Shown: piece by piece, positions 45,791 through 56,335 of the stretch
Layout: each line of letters starts with the position of its first letter
How positions within the stretch are numbered: position 1 is the stretch's first letter
IMG/VR virus record: IMGVR_UViG_3300018933_000001
Location: 64,001 to 128,000 of that record
Strand: one strand, 5' to 3'
Origin: a virus
Length of the DNA: 64,000 nucleotides
The notes under the pieces: generated by a model
Told to the model about the DNA's origin: nothing
The model's input: only the letters and a program-made list of their open reading frames with translations
Database searches by the model: none
Made by a program: the position numbers and the translations under genes

Positions 45791-48730
45791 CTATATCTCT
45801 TTCGTCTTCTTCGTCACTTTAACAAAAGGATAAGCATAAACTAGGAAACTATAATTCGGGTCTAAGTCTACATTAGTAGGTTTAGTTATTTTTACTTGTT
45901 TAGATATTTCTAATTTACCAGGAGACAAGACAGTTTCTATTAAAATATCTTCTTCAGGTTGTTCAGAGAAGTTATATTCAGAGTTGTTGTTGGTGTAACT
46001 GTTTGTGTATTTAATATAAGTGCTAGGGTCAGCAGGAAGAGTGAATTCTACTTCTTTATACGATTCTATATCTACATTTATAAAACCATCGTAGATAAAT
46101 TGACTCCACAATACGTTTGTCCATCTGCGAGTGTTTAATCTTTTATTTCCATAAGAGTAGGAAAGGCTATTAATACTTAAATCAAATCGTAAGGATTTTA
46201 ATTCATTACTAATGTTAGTTTCTGTAAGATAGTAATTACTTGGAGTGTTTAAGAAAGGTAAGATTGTACCTTTAGAACTCCACCCAGTAGACCAATCTGA
46301 AAAATAAAAATTTAAACCATGTGAATTTAAAATAGCTTCTCTACTAGATAAATCATAGTTACTAGAACTACTTATTTTATCTCTAATAGCTTTTATTGTA
46401 GAGGGGTTGTACTGTATTGGTCTATTAGGTAAATATTCAAAATAAGATTCTTTAACAATTGCATTAGTATATGGATAAACACTATTCTCTGAATATATTA
46501 ACCCTTCACTCAATTTACTACTTCTAAGTATTTGATATTCATTAAGATCAAAGCCTACAATAGAACTTAGTCTTTTTTCTTTTTTATCATAGTGAGTTTT
46601 ATCCCACATCTCCCACCAACTTACTGTAGATAGAGCAGTATATCTAAAACTTTCCGCAGGGTTACTAGCTTTAAAAGTTCTAGTGTTAGAAGCGTATAAA
46701 AGAGTGGGATATACATTATATTGACTAAGTAATTTTTTCTTTGAGTAATTATATTGTTCAAAGTGATTACCTGTTACGATTTCAGAAAAATCTACATTAC
46801 TGTTATTTCTAGAAAGTAGCTGAGCAAAGCTATCTCTTTCTAACGTACTTTTAAACGTACCAAAAGAGGTTAAAAATTTTCTTTCAATATTTTCTTTATT
46901 CCACACAATAGAAGAATCTAAATCAGAAGTATTTAAATCGTCATTAGTAGAAGTAACTTTCCAATCTTTAATTTTTATAGTTACGTATTTTTGATATTCC
47001 CAGCTTTGACTGCTAAATTTATCAGAATCTCCTTTACAGTCAGTATTAGAAAGAGTATTAGCTGGTTTTAAATTTAGTTTTAAATGTACGACTTGAGTTT
47101 TATTATCTATTACAGATAAATTAAGAGTTCTGTGATACAGGTTATCTACTAATAATTGTAAGCTAAAATTTTGTGGGTTTTTAGTGTCATGAAAGTTTCC
47201 TTGAAAGACTGCTTTTGGATAGTTATTCAGTACATATATCCAAACTCTAGGGTCAATATTTAAATCTATGATGTTTTTATTCCAGTTTTCGTAGAATTTA
47301 TCATGTTGTAGTTGTTCTTCTGTTGTGTTAGTAAAGCCCCTTTGTAGTCTATTTTCTATATCTACTTGAGTTTCATTAGCTTTAATAATAAAAGCGTTGT
47401 ACATTCCAGAGAATAAATCACTTGCTCCTAACTCATAAAGTTTAATAGCTTCTTCTTTCTTACTACTTCCAAGCCAAATTTCGGCTTTATGAGTAGAAAG
47501 CTTCATATCTCTTTTTTTTATTTTAGGAGGGCTACCTGACAATCTACCTTCTCCTGTACCGTTATAGGGGCCACCACTACCTCCTCCTCCAGGACAACCA
47601 GGTTCCCAAGGTGAAAAACCAGGTGGAAGTCTACCAGGTACTTTATCTTCACTTACCTCTAGTATATAGAAACCTCCTGGAGCAGTTTGACCGTTTAAAT
47701 ATAATTGGTGAAAATGTCGCATATACATAAAGTCGTAAGGTAAATCAACCCAACCGTAAGTATGTCCCCAATCATTTTGTACATTACCTACACTTGGTTT
47801 ATCTGGTTCTTCTTCTCCTAATAAAGGACATTTACTATTAATAAAGCCTCTACTATCACAGTAACCTGCTGCTTGTTGTTCTGGACTACAATCTAATGTA
47901 TATCCCGGGAGATAACTAAAGTCACATCTAAAAAAGGATCTTTCTACCTTTGTTACTGGGTCTACTATCCTAATAACTTCCCACCCTTGTAAATTCATTT
48001 CTCCGCCACAACTTAATATAGTGGCATACCCAAACAATTTCTTATAATTAGTATCATATTCTGAATCATGTGAGGTTAAAGCAGCTAACATTGCTTCTTC
48101 TCCATCACTACTTACTTGAGAAGAATAAAATCTCCAACCTCCACCTCCACCTCCAGCATTTTTACCACTTCCATGAGGAGAATTTGCGTCTCTACTTAAA
48201 TCATCTTTAAGACAATCATTAAGATTAGAATAAGGTTTATAAGGTAGTCCAGTATAAGAAACACCGTTAATAGTATCTTTAGCTGCATAATTACATCTTT
48301 CATAAGCACCTACAAATTGAGTACAAGAGTTTCCTTTTCTAATCCAAGTAGAAGTTAAATTAGTGGGAACTGGACTACCCGTATCTACTAACTTTACAAA
48401 TAAATAAAAGACTTCAATATCTGCTTCTGTATATTCAATAATCTTCTTATCATCTATCGGTTTAGTTTTTCTTATCTGTATAATTCTTTCAGTTACTTGT
48501 TCTGCTGATTTAAAGGTGACTGCTTTATATTTACCGTCATCCGAATCTTTAACTACTAGAACTTCTCCACTAGAATCGACATTGATACTAAGAGCTTGAA
48601 TAGTTTTTCCAGTTTCAGTATTTCTTACATTTATCTTTGTCCCAATTCCACCATTGAGAGCATAACCAATAAAAGCAGTATTATTTTCTAGTAACTTTAA
48701 AATCTTAGAAACTACTTGGTCATCATTCAT
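45791..48730 (-). CDS. large putative virion/tail-associated protein
   Basis: 979 aa, last of the minus-strand tail cluster; Gly/Cys-rich central region. Confidence 0.55.
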   Translation of the reverse strand: MNDDQVVSKILKLLENNTAFIGYALNGGIGTKINVRNTETGKTIQALSINVDSSGEVLVVKDSDDGKYKAVTFKSAEQVTERIIQIRKTKPIDDKKIIEYTEADIEVFYLFVKLVDTGSPVPTNLTSTWIRKGNSCTQFVGAYERCNYAAKDTINGVSYTGLPYKPYSNLNDCLKDDLSRDANSPHGSGKNAGGGGGGWRFYSSQVSSDGEEAMLAALTSHDSEYDTNYKKLFGYATILSCGGEMNLQGWEVIRIVDPVTKVERSFFRCDFSYLPGYTLDCSPEQQAAGYCDSRGFINSKCPLLGEEEPDKPSVGNVQNDWGHTYGWVDLPYDFMYMRHFHQLYLNGQTAPGGFYILEVSEDKVPGRLPPGFSPWEPGCPGGGGSGGPYNGTGEGRLSGSPPKIKKRDMKLSTHKAEIWLGSSKKEEAIKLYELGASDLFSGMYNAFIIKANETQVDIENRLQRGFTNTTEEQLQHDKFYENWNKNIIDLNIDPRVWIYVLNNYPKAVFQGNFHDTKNPQNFSLQLLVDNLYHRTLNLSVIDNKTQVVHLKLNLKPANTLSNTDCKGDSDKFSSQSWEYQKYVTIKIKDWKVTSTNDDLNTSDLDSSIVWNKENIERKFLTSFGTFKSTLERDSFAQLLSRNNSNVDFSEIVTGNHFEQYNYSKKKLLSQYNVYPTLLYASNTRTFKASNPAESFRYTALSTVSWWEMWDKTHYDKKEKRLSSIVGFDLNEYQILRSSKLSEGLIYSENSVYPYTNAIVKESYFEYLPNRPIQYNPSTIKAIRDKISSSSNYDLSSREAILNSHGLNFYFSDWSTGWSSKGTILPFLNTPSNYYLTETNISNELKSLRFDLSINSLSYSYGNKRLNTRRWTNVLWSQFIYDGFINVDIESYKEVEFTLPADPSTYIKYTNSYTNNNSEYNFSEQPEEDILIETVLSPGKLEISKQVKITKPTNVDLDPNYSFLVYAYPFVKVTKKTKEI

Positions 48731-48744
48731 AGGAAATATTTAGT

Positions 48745-49011
48745 ATGTATTTAAGTTTTGTATTTGACGTAATGCAGAGAAAAGTAAAACCTCTACATCC
48801 TGGTTCTATTGTAGTAGATATCCTAGAAGATAGAGGAGTTAGTCAAGAAGAATTTTGTAACAGTGATTTTAAACTATTAGAAATTTTACTAGGAGAAAAA
48901 GTTATTAGTTTTCATTATGCCTGGTATATTGAGCAAAAACTAAGTATTTCTCATAAACTTTTATTAAATCTACAAAGAAAAGCAGATATTTGGGATAGTT
49001 TATTAGAATGA
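48745..49011 (+). CDS. orphan HigA/VapI-type antitoxin
   Basis: PLHPG....ILEDRGVSQEEF...G..IS...A..IEQ.L.IS..LLLNLQ...D. Confidence 0.75.
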   Translation: MYLSFVFDVMQRKVKPLHPGSIVVDILEDRGVSQEEFCNSDFKLLEILLGEKVISFHYAWYIEQKLSISHKLLLNLQRKADIWDSLLE

Positions 49012-49512
49012 ACGAAAAGTAATTAATCGTTTCTCATGACTATACTCAAAGCATAAAGCGTCATGAACATTTCCAAGAGCAGGATTAGGTTGTTTGAAGA
49101 ATATCCATCCTCCAGTAGATTGAACGGTAAAGCTATAGATTTGAAAAGAAGTTCCTCTCATTAAACTAGGAGATAGCGCCGGGAAAGTTTCTTGTGCGTT
49201 ATTAGCCGTTGACCAAGCTTTATTAGGAGGGTTGCTATAAGAGAAAGTGGTAGAAGTTAAAGTATTAAATTCAGTAGCCATATTATATTTAATAGGGGAC
49301 GTACTTTCAGCACTTCTATCAAAAAAGTTATATTGAAAGTTGAGAGTAATAGACCCTGTAGTTCCATCCCAGTTAACTATACTACCAGGAACCCATAGCA
49401 TTTTCCCAGTATTGTTAGGGCAACTTCCACATTCTCCTGTTTTACATTGAAGTAATGTTGGAGTAAGAATTTCTGTTATAGGGTTAGTTTTTACTAAGCT
49501 AGTTGGCTTCAT
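49003..49512 (-). CDS. putative structural protein
   Basis: Minus-strand tail cluster, beta-rich composition. Confidence 0.55.
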   Translation of the reverse strand: MKPTSLVKTNPITEILTPTLLQCKTGECGSCPNNTGKMLWVPGSIVNWDGTTGSITLNFQYNFFDRSAESTSPIKYNMATEFNTLTSTTFSYSNPPNKAWSTANNAQETFPALSPSLMRGTSFQIYSFTVQSTGGWIFFKQPNPALGNVHDALCFEYSHEKRLITFRSF

Positions 49513-49528
49513 AACGGATAATTTTTAA

Positions 49529-50101
49529 TTATAGTAAAATTTCTAAATTAATCCGAATCCCTTGTCCAGTAACAGCAGGTAAACTATGAGCATTTCTAGC
49601 TAGTAGAAGTCCGTAAATGTGAGGAGAACCAGCAGGGTCAGTAGTAAAAGCCATTGATACCCCATTAACCGAATAAAGTGTATTAAGAGAGCTAGCTAAG
49701 GGGAAAGAAAACTCTATGTCTCCAATAAAATTTTGAGCTTCTGCATCAGTAAGAGCAAAAGACCCATAGGCTAGTCTATCAGTAAAAACAGTGGTTATTG
49801 GTCTATCAAATAATCTTAGAAGATATTGACCGGTGGATACGACCTCACAATATAAAGAAGCGTTTTGAATTACACCTCCCATTCCGGCTTTTAATGCAAC
49901 GTTAGGAAAAGTAAATTGAGATGTTCCCATTAACTGGTTAGCTGCATAAGCTGTAGTTCCAATTCCTCCAGTATTAGTACCAGCTACAGAAACAGTTTGA
50001 TTAGTAATAATAGGGATATGAGTAGTTTGTCCTGTTACTGGGTCTACAAAAGTAAAGCTAGCAATCCACAGACCTGAACCTTGAGTAACTTGATAAGGCA
50101 T
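49529..50101 (-). CDS. putative structural protein
   Basis: Tail cluster. Confidence 0.55.
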   Translation of the reverse strand: MPYQVTQGSGLWIASFTFVDPVTGQTTHIPIITNQTVSVAGTNTGGIGTTAYAANQLMGTSQFTFPNVALKAGMGGVIQNASLYCEVVSTGQYLLRLFDRPITTVFTDRLAYGSFALTDAEAQNFIGDIEFSFPLASSLNTLYSVNGVSMAFTTDPAGSPHIYGLLLARNAHSLPAVTGQGIRINLEILL

Positions 50102-50113
50102 AATTTTTATTTA

Positions 50114-50497
50114 TTAGTTTGTTTGTTTAACATAAGTCATAATTATTGTAGCTGCATTTGGTTCTACGTTTGTATACCAAGGGAAACCTCCTACTAAGCC
50201 AAAAGCACTACCTCCAGCGAAACTATTCGGAATAACTGTAATTTCTAATTTATCAGTTCCTTCTAGTTTTAGCTTAGAAATAGAATTAAGTTCTAAAGGT
50301 TCTTGGTTAAAAATTGGTAGGTTGAGGTCTTTAATTATTTCTAAATTGTTGAGTTTAACAGTAACTTTAGCTACCTCATTTTTCTCATTTTTTAGTAAAA
50401 CTTTAGCAATAATAAAGCTAATAGCAGTTGTTGCTTGAAATATAGTGGTTGGTGCTACATTGAGTGTTTGGTATTCAGTTTTTAGAGTAGTTGGCAT
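50114..50497 (-). CDS. putative structural protein
   Basis: Tail cluster. Confidence 0.55.
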   Translation of the reverse strand: MPTTLKTEYQTLNVAPTTIFQATTAISFIIAKVLLKNEKNEVAKVTVKLNNLEIIKDLNLPIFNQEPLELNSISKLKLEGTDKLEITVIPNSFAGGSAFGLVGGFPWYTNVEPNAATIIMTYVKQTN

Positions 50498-50499
50498 AT

Positions 50500-50826
50500 T
50501 TATTCTTTAGACCCTTCTTGTTGTAGAGGTAAGTCAGGAATTGGAGAATCTGTTATTTGTAAGTATCTACCCATCCCTACAGCTTCTTGTATAGTTACCA
50601 TAGCTTCTGTAAGTTTAGGATTTCCTTTACAGTTAATAATTAAAGCTTGATTGTCCCAATACGGATAGCCTACTACTCTTCCGTTAGGTAACTTGGTAGT
50701 AATAGTAAAATAAACCTCAATAAACATTTTTTCTACGTCTTCTTGAGCTTCTGATAAATTAATCTGTAATCGTTCTGCGGTATGAACTTCTGAAATGTTA
50801 TCTGAATCTGTAATTATAATTGGCAT
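50500..50826 (-). CDS. putative tail-fibre-associated protein/chaperone
   Basis: Immediately downstream of the tail fibre gene. Confidence 0.45.
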   Translation of the reverse strand: MPIIITDSDNISEVHTAERLQINLSEAQEDVEKMFIEVYFTITTKLPNGRVVGYPYWDNQALIINCKGNPKLTEAMVTIQEAVGMGRYLQITDSPIPDLPLQQEGSKE

Positions 50827-50838
50827 ATATTTTTTCTT

Positions 50839-51996
50839 TTATACAATATTAACGATATTTCCGTTTCTCCACAAAGACCCGGATGCTAGACCTGATGAAG
50901 AAGTTGGCAAAGTAGAGAAATTTATTACACTTCCACCAGCATAGAAGTTACCTACACAACTTAAACCTCCTCCAAATCTTCCAGAACCAGTATTAGTAGA
51001 AGTAGCAGCAGTATTATTAGTAACAATCATAGCTCCTGAAAGAGTGAAGTTGTAGTTAGTAGCATTAATTCTAAAACCTAATCCACCGCCAGCATAGCCA
51101 GAAGAGATATAAAAATCTCTATTTAAACTACTTGGCCCAACTCCAATATCCCAATATGAAGTAGAAGTGTTAATACTAGCAGTAAACCTAAAAGTGTTAT
51201 AAGCATCATTGTTACCTAAAAGGTTCATGATACCTACATCACCTCTAATAGTTAAAGCGCTAGTAAGAGTTTTAGCACCAGCAATTGTTTGATTATTGGA
51301 TAAATCTACAAAATTTTGAGTAGAACTTCCTGTACCACCATTAGCAATAGGTAAGGAGTTAGTAACATCTGCAAGTAAATTTATTTGGGATAAGGTAAGA
51401 TTGGTTCCGTCACTTCTTAGAACTCTATTAGCAGTTTGTACACCTACTAAGTTATTTAAAGCAATTTGTCTATTAGCTAGATTGCTTAAGTTTCCCGCGC
51501 TACTAAGTAGTATCCTAATATTATTGCTACTATCTCTGTATTGTAAATCATCTGTACTTCTCCAAATAGTTCCTACAATACTTCCAGAACTGTTAGGTAT
51601 GACTAAACTACCTAAAAACGTTTTAACCCCATTAACAGTTTGATTAGTAGTTAAGTCTACTCTACTAGCTAGAGAATTAGTAACAGTAGTAGAGAAATTA
51701 GCATCATTACCTAAAGCAGCAGCTAACTCATTTAAAGTATCTAATGCAGCCGGAGAAGAAGCTACTAAGTTAGATATAGCAGTATTAACAAATATACAGT
51801 TAGCAATTTGAGTAGTGTTAGTACCAGCAATAGGAGTAGGAGTTGTAGGAGTTCCACTTAGATTAGGGGATATTGAGTTAGCTTTAAGTGCTAAAGCAGC
51901 AGTAATACCTAAAGAAGTGTTAACATCTGCTATATCAGTAGAACTTCTAGGAAAAGTAATAACTCCATTTTTAAGTATCAGAGGTTGTGTTGACAT
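50839..51996 (-). CDS. tail fibre protein
   Basis: SPNLSGTPTTPT, LVASSPAALDTLNELAAALGNDANFSTTVTN repeat, NQTVNGVKTF, LPIANGGTG. Confidence 0.85.
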   Translation of the reverse strand: MSTQPLILKNGVITFPRSSTDIADVNTSLGITAALALKANSISPNLSGTPTTPTPIAGTNTTQIANCIFVNTAISNLVASSPAALDTLNELAAALGNDANFSTTVTNSLASRVDLTTNQTVNGVKTFLGSLVIPNSSGSIVGTIWRSTDDLQYRDSSNNIRILLSSAGNLSNLANRQIALNNLVGVQTANRVLRSDGTNLTLSQINLLADVTNSLPIANGGTGSSTQNFVDLSNNQTIAGAKTLTSALTIRGDVGIMNLLGNNDAYNTFRFTASINTSTSYWDIGVGPSSLNRDFYISSGYAGGGLGFRINATNYNFTLSGAMIVTNNTAATSTNTGSGRFGGGLSCVGNFYAGGSVINFSTLPTSSSGLASGSLWRNGNIVNIV

Positions 51997-52186
51997 TTAC
52001 TATCTTTTGTTCTGGTTCTATTAGTTCAGCTTCATTTTCTCTTAGTTGAAGTTCCAACTCTTTTATTTGCTTATCTTTTATCTCTATTTGTACTTGTAAG
52101 TTTAATATCTCTTGAAAAAACTGCAAACATTGTAATTGATACTTTTCGGATAATTTCTGTGCATATTCTTGTGAATTAATGTCCAT
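51971..52186 (-). CDS. small coiled-coil protein
   Basis: ORF track. Confidence 0.55.
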   Translation of the reverse strand: MDINSQEYAQKLSEKYQLQCLQFFQEILNLQVQIEIKDKQIKELELQLRENEAELIEPEQKIVNVNTTSDT

Positions 52187-52200
52187 TTTTTATTTCATCT

Positions 52201-54696
52201 CTACATCAAACTAAATATCATTATATCTACAACTGTACCACGGTCAATAGCTTTTATGTCAGCTCTACCTTCTAAGAACACGCTCGTATAGTTCTCAGAT
52301 AACCTATACTGATTGCCAAAGCTATAAACTCCTGTATTATTAGTTTGTATATTAAAACTCTCACCATCTAGGATGTTTATTGGATTATTTATATTACTAA
52401 TTGTTCCAGTAGTATTAAAGACATAGTTATTTGCTACTGTTAAATCGGGAGTAAGGGAACTACCACTAACTACTAAAGGAGATTGTTTACTACTTACTGC
52501 ATTTGTAGATGTTCCACTACTACTGCTTTCACCTCCACCTCCTAAAGCTAGTATTAAAGGAATCATACTATCATCTACTGACCTAATTAAATCATTTAAG
52601 GTACTGAGGTTAGGGTAAATAGATGAGTAGACATACTGGCTTACTTGTTCTAAATTTAATCCTGACTCTTTTTCTTTCCAAATACCAGGAGAAGTAGAGG
52701 GTAAAGTTCCTGGTTTAAAGCTAGTTACATTATTAGCTACTCCTGTCTGGTACTTGTAAAATACTAAATCTAAATAACTACTATCTGTTCCTTTTAACGA
52801 CCTTCTCTGTCCATCAGGTATATAGGTAGTGTCTAAAGATATTAGTTGTTCCTTAAATAAAGGTTCTCCTAAATACTTCATGTTATTAAGTGCCTGAGAT
52901 AAAGACATATCTAGCTCTAAGATACATCCTTTAGCAGTATCATGGTTAATAGATGTTACTTGGTTTCCATCATACAGATAAGCAATACTAAATCTATAAC
53001 TACCTATACTAAATCCACTACCTAACCCGTTACTAATAACAAAGTAAGGTAAGTCGTATAGATTAAAGTCACTATTTATGTTAGTTGCAGAGGGTACGTT
53101 ACTTACTACTATTCCACTATTCCAATCAAGTAAGTTAATAGAGAAAGTGTTATTAGTTATATTACTGTTGTAACTAATTTCAAATCTACGTATTTCAGAG
53201 TTAGATTGTCTCTGCACATATACTATATATCTACCAATAACAAAATTAGTAGATGAACTAGCTATCACATCTGGATAAGTGCTTCTGATAGAGGTAGGTA
53301 AAGTCAGTTGTAAGGTGAAGTTACTATTTTGAGTAACAGATACATAACTACTCCAGCTAGTAACCGATGTCTGACCAGGAGTAGTAGATACAATAGCTCT
53401 AATAGCAGATGAGTTAGGTAAGTCAGTAGGAGCTAAGAAGCAGTTACCTAGATTATTAATAAAAACTCTTTGATTAACTGTATTAGGTATCAATCCTAAG
53501 ATAGTAGTCTTTGGTAGTAAAGGAAAAGTATAGTTTTTAATTAGTCCACTGCCTGATGAAACTTCAAGACCTGTATTAGTAGTAGAAGGCAATACTCTAC
53601 GTCTACCTCCTTCAGTAAATATACAGTCCCCTATTATCTCCCCTCCTGCTACATAGCTACCTACATTAGAAACAAAAGAAGGATAGATAGAAATAATAGA
53701 GCCTTCTGGAATAAAGTCATTGAGTTCTGCTCCTAAAAAATTTAAATAGAAGCTAAAAGATAAAGCTTCCCCAATTAATAAGTCTTCTTCTAAGGCAAAG
53801 TTTGGGTTATTAGCGTTAAAAACTAAAGGAATTCCTAGCTTCTCAAAAGGTGTAGCTCCATCTCTAAAAGTAGTTCTGAGAACACAAGTATTTAAATCTA
53901 CTATTCCTTCAAACACATAACGAATCTTTCTATCAAATAAATTAGTCTTTATATTTTCATTTAGTTTAACTGTAAGAGTAATTCTAGTTCCAACTGCTAC
54001 TGAACCACTAGAGTTATCTACCCACAATCTAGTAGAGGCTGAATCACTTCCGTTGTTGCTATAGCTTACTAAAAGAGGACTAATATCATTTTCTTCTCTT
54101 AAATCGAGTCTACAACCATCTACATCATAAACTGAGGATATATAAGTTGAGAAACCTCCTCTAGCCTTAAATCGCTTACCAGTGCTAGCTAATAGTGTTT
54201 CTTGATTGTTAACTTCTGAAGTAGAATCAAAAGCATCATACTCGTAAACTAATCCAGTTCCGTTATACCCAATCCTTATCCCGTGAAGTAAATCAGCAGA
54301 AGAAATATTAGTAATATTATCTGACGTTATATAACCAGTTCTTAAGAATATATCTCTACTGATAACTAAAACTAATGGGAAACTGGGAGATGGGGTTACT
54401 GGTATTTTAGCTATCTGACTAAAAGTATTTGGTACTGAAGAAGTAGAAACTCCTATAACATAATTAAATATCTCTTCAGTTGGTAGTTTAGCTTGTGAGT
54501 TAATAGTTATTGTGACCTTACCAGAAGAGGGGATAACTACTAAAGACGAGATAAGTAATAGATTCCTACCTATTCTGTTCTCTGTCTGAAGTGAAAAGTA
54601 TAAGTTAGCAGAAGAAAGTGAACCATCAGTAGAAGAAGTTACTGTCCAACAGCTATTAGGAAGAACTATTCTACTATTTGCATAAGTTACTGCCAT
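52201..54696 (-). CDS. putative tail/baseplate protein
   Basis: 831 aa Ser/Thr-rich; C-terminal fibre-like module; AGGAG RBS. Confidence 0.6.
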   Translation of the reverse strand: MAVTYANSRIVLPNSCWTVTSSTDGSLSSANLYFSLQTENRIGRNLLLISSLVVIPSSGKVTITINSQAKLPTEEIFNYVIGVSTSSVPNTFSQIAKIPVTPSPSFPLVLVISRDIFLRTGYITSDNITNISSADLLHGIRIGYNGTGLVYEYDAFDSTSEVNNQETLLASTGKRFKARGGFSTYISSVYDVDGCRLDLREENDISPLLVSYSNNGSDSASTRLWVDNSSGSVAVGTRITLTVKLNENIKTNLFDRKIRYVFEGIVDLNTCVLRTTFRDGATPFEKLGIPLVFNANNPNFALEEDLLIGEALSFSFYLNFLGAELNDFIPEGSIISIYPSFVSNVGSYVAGGEIIGDCIFTEGGRRRVLPSTTNTGLEVSSGSGLIKNYTFPLLPKTTILGLIPNTVNQRVFINNLGNCFLAPTDLPNSSAIRAIVSTTPGQTSVTSWSSYVSVTQNSNFTLQLTLPTSIRSTYPDVIASSSTNFVIGRYIVYVQRQSNSEIRRFEISYNSNITNNTFSINLLDWNSGIVVSNVPSATNINSDFNLYDLPYFVISNGLGSGFSIGSYRFSIAYLYDGNQVTSINHDTAKGCILELDMSLSQALNNMKYLGEPLFKEQLISLDTTYIPDGQRRSLKGTDSSYLDLVFYKYQTGVANNVTSFKPGTLPSTSPGIWKEKESGLNLEQVSQYVYSSIYPNLSTLNDLIRSVDDSMIPLILALGGGGESSSSGTSTNAVSSKQSPLVVSGSSLTPDLTVANNYVFNTTGTISNINNPINILDGESFNIQTNNTGVYSFGNQYRLSENYTSVFLEGRADIKAIDRGTVVDIMIFSLM

Positions 54697-54704
54697 GTCA
54701 TCTC

Positions 54705-54857
54705 CTATCTTATTTGAGTAATTCTAGTAGTAACCTTCTGACCACCTTTACTAGATAGCTTTATCTGTTTACCCGCTATAGTTAAGACATTACCTTTAAT
54801 AGTTATCTTGTCTTTCTGCAATATCTGAAGTAATTTAGTTATTAACTGCTCTTCCAT
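54705..54857 (-). CDS. small protein (50 aa, not in ORF track)
   Basis: MEEQLITKLLQILQKDKITIKGNVLTIAGKQIKLSSKGGQKVTTRITQIR; N-terminus resembles that of the 979-aa protein. Confidence 0.55.
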   Translation of the reverse strand: MEEQLITKLLQILQKDKITIKGNVLTIAGKQIKLSSKGGQKVTTRITQIR

Positions 54858-54901
54858 TTTTTGTTATATTTATAAGGTATCTATACAATAATAGCCTAAG
54901 T

Positions 54902-56331
54902 ATGTTTGGAAAAGACAAAGTTAAAGGTCATAATAGGGTAGCTAAAGGAAAGAGTGGATTTAAAGTTATAAGAGTAGATGACTTCTTCAGAAAGAAAGAT
55001 GAGAATAGAGGTAAGAAGATTGCTTTAGGAGCAGGTCTAGTAATAGGTGCGGGGATTGGCTCAGCACTTCTGCTTAAGGGTAAGGGAGCCAAATCACTCT
55101 TAACTAAAAAAGTAAGTGTTCCTAGTAAGACTACTCAACAAATAACTAACGTAACTAAAGAGAAAGTTCCGATAGTTACATCTACTACTTCTAAATCTAA
55201 TGTTGTAAGAGAATCGACTAAAAAAGATTTTGGTAAAATAGAAGACCCTTGGGAAACTCCTATACTAACTAAGATACAAAAAGAAAGTCAATTAGTTACT
55301 AAGAACTCAGAAGGAAGTAGATTACTAAGTCCTGCTAAGCCTAAACAAAGAGATTTACTACAAAAACCACAAAGAAAGACTAAAAATGTAGAGGATAAAG
55401 TGATTCAAGTAAGTAACGCACAAAAAGATTATCAATCTCTTCCAGTAGAAATGCAGACGATATTACAGGTAGAAAAAGCTCTATTATCTCCCACTAAAGC
55501 AAGTAAGTTAGGTAGACCCCCAGAGAGAACATCTATTGTCAAATTAGTAGATAGCTCCGAAGGTAAACTAGATAAAGTAACTAGGAAAGTCAAAGATAGA
55601 CTCCAAAGAGAGAAATCTATTTCTGATGAAGTTGTAAAAAAAAACTAGATGACATTGTTCCCAACGCATCTAGAAGAAATCTCTTATTAGTAGATAAAAC
55701 TAAAGCTGCTATTAAAGACAGAGATAAGATTAAAGAAATAGCTATTTCTTCTGTTACTGAACGTAAAAGTATGATGGGTAGAGCTATTGTACAAATAAAT
55801 AAAGTAGCTAAAGACCCTGAAGCTGAGAAGTTAGGAATTCAAGTAAAAGCTGAAGAATGGGAAAAAGCACTTCAATCTATTTCTGGTAGAAGAGGTGCTA
55901 TTAAAGCTACTGGTAGAGCAACACTTAAAGGAACAGAGTCACTTGTATACGCAAGAGTAGTTAAACCTAAAATCATATCTACTCTCATGAAAGAAGTTAA
56001 ATCCGGTAATCTTAAATCTACTAACCCTAAAGGTTATGCAGAGAGACTGAAAAGAATTCATGACAACTTTGATGAGTTGATGGTAAAAGAGGGGACTAAT
56101 TATAGAGAGCTTAGTAGAAGAGAATTAGGTAGAAGAGTAGGTAAAGTAATGGAACCTGAAATTAAAGACGCTACTCTCAAGGTTAAAGATTTTGCAACTG
56201 ATGGTAAAAATCTAACAGATGTCTTCCTTGAGAATTCTCAAATGCAAGAAGCTTTTCAACAAGCAGGTATTAAAGATAGAAAGGCCCAGTTACTACTGAA
56301 AATGTTGATGAAAGTAGGAGGACTAGGATAG
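54902..56331 (+). CDS. basic protein with one hydrophobic segment; two ORFs joined by a -1 shift at an A9 run (55636-55644)
   Basis: The -1 frame is open from the A run through 55771..56331. Confidence 0.6.
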
Positions 56332-56335
56332 TTAG

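Noticed and set aside
45791-54696. Diversity-generating retroelement target in tail genes
   Set aside because: No reverse transcriptase and no template/variable repeat pair seen in the window.
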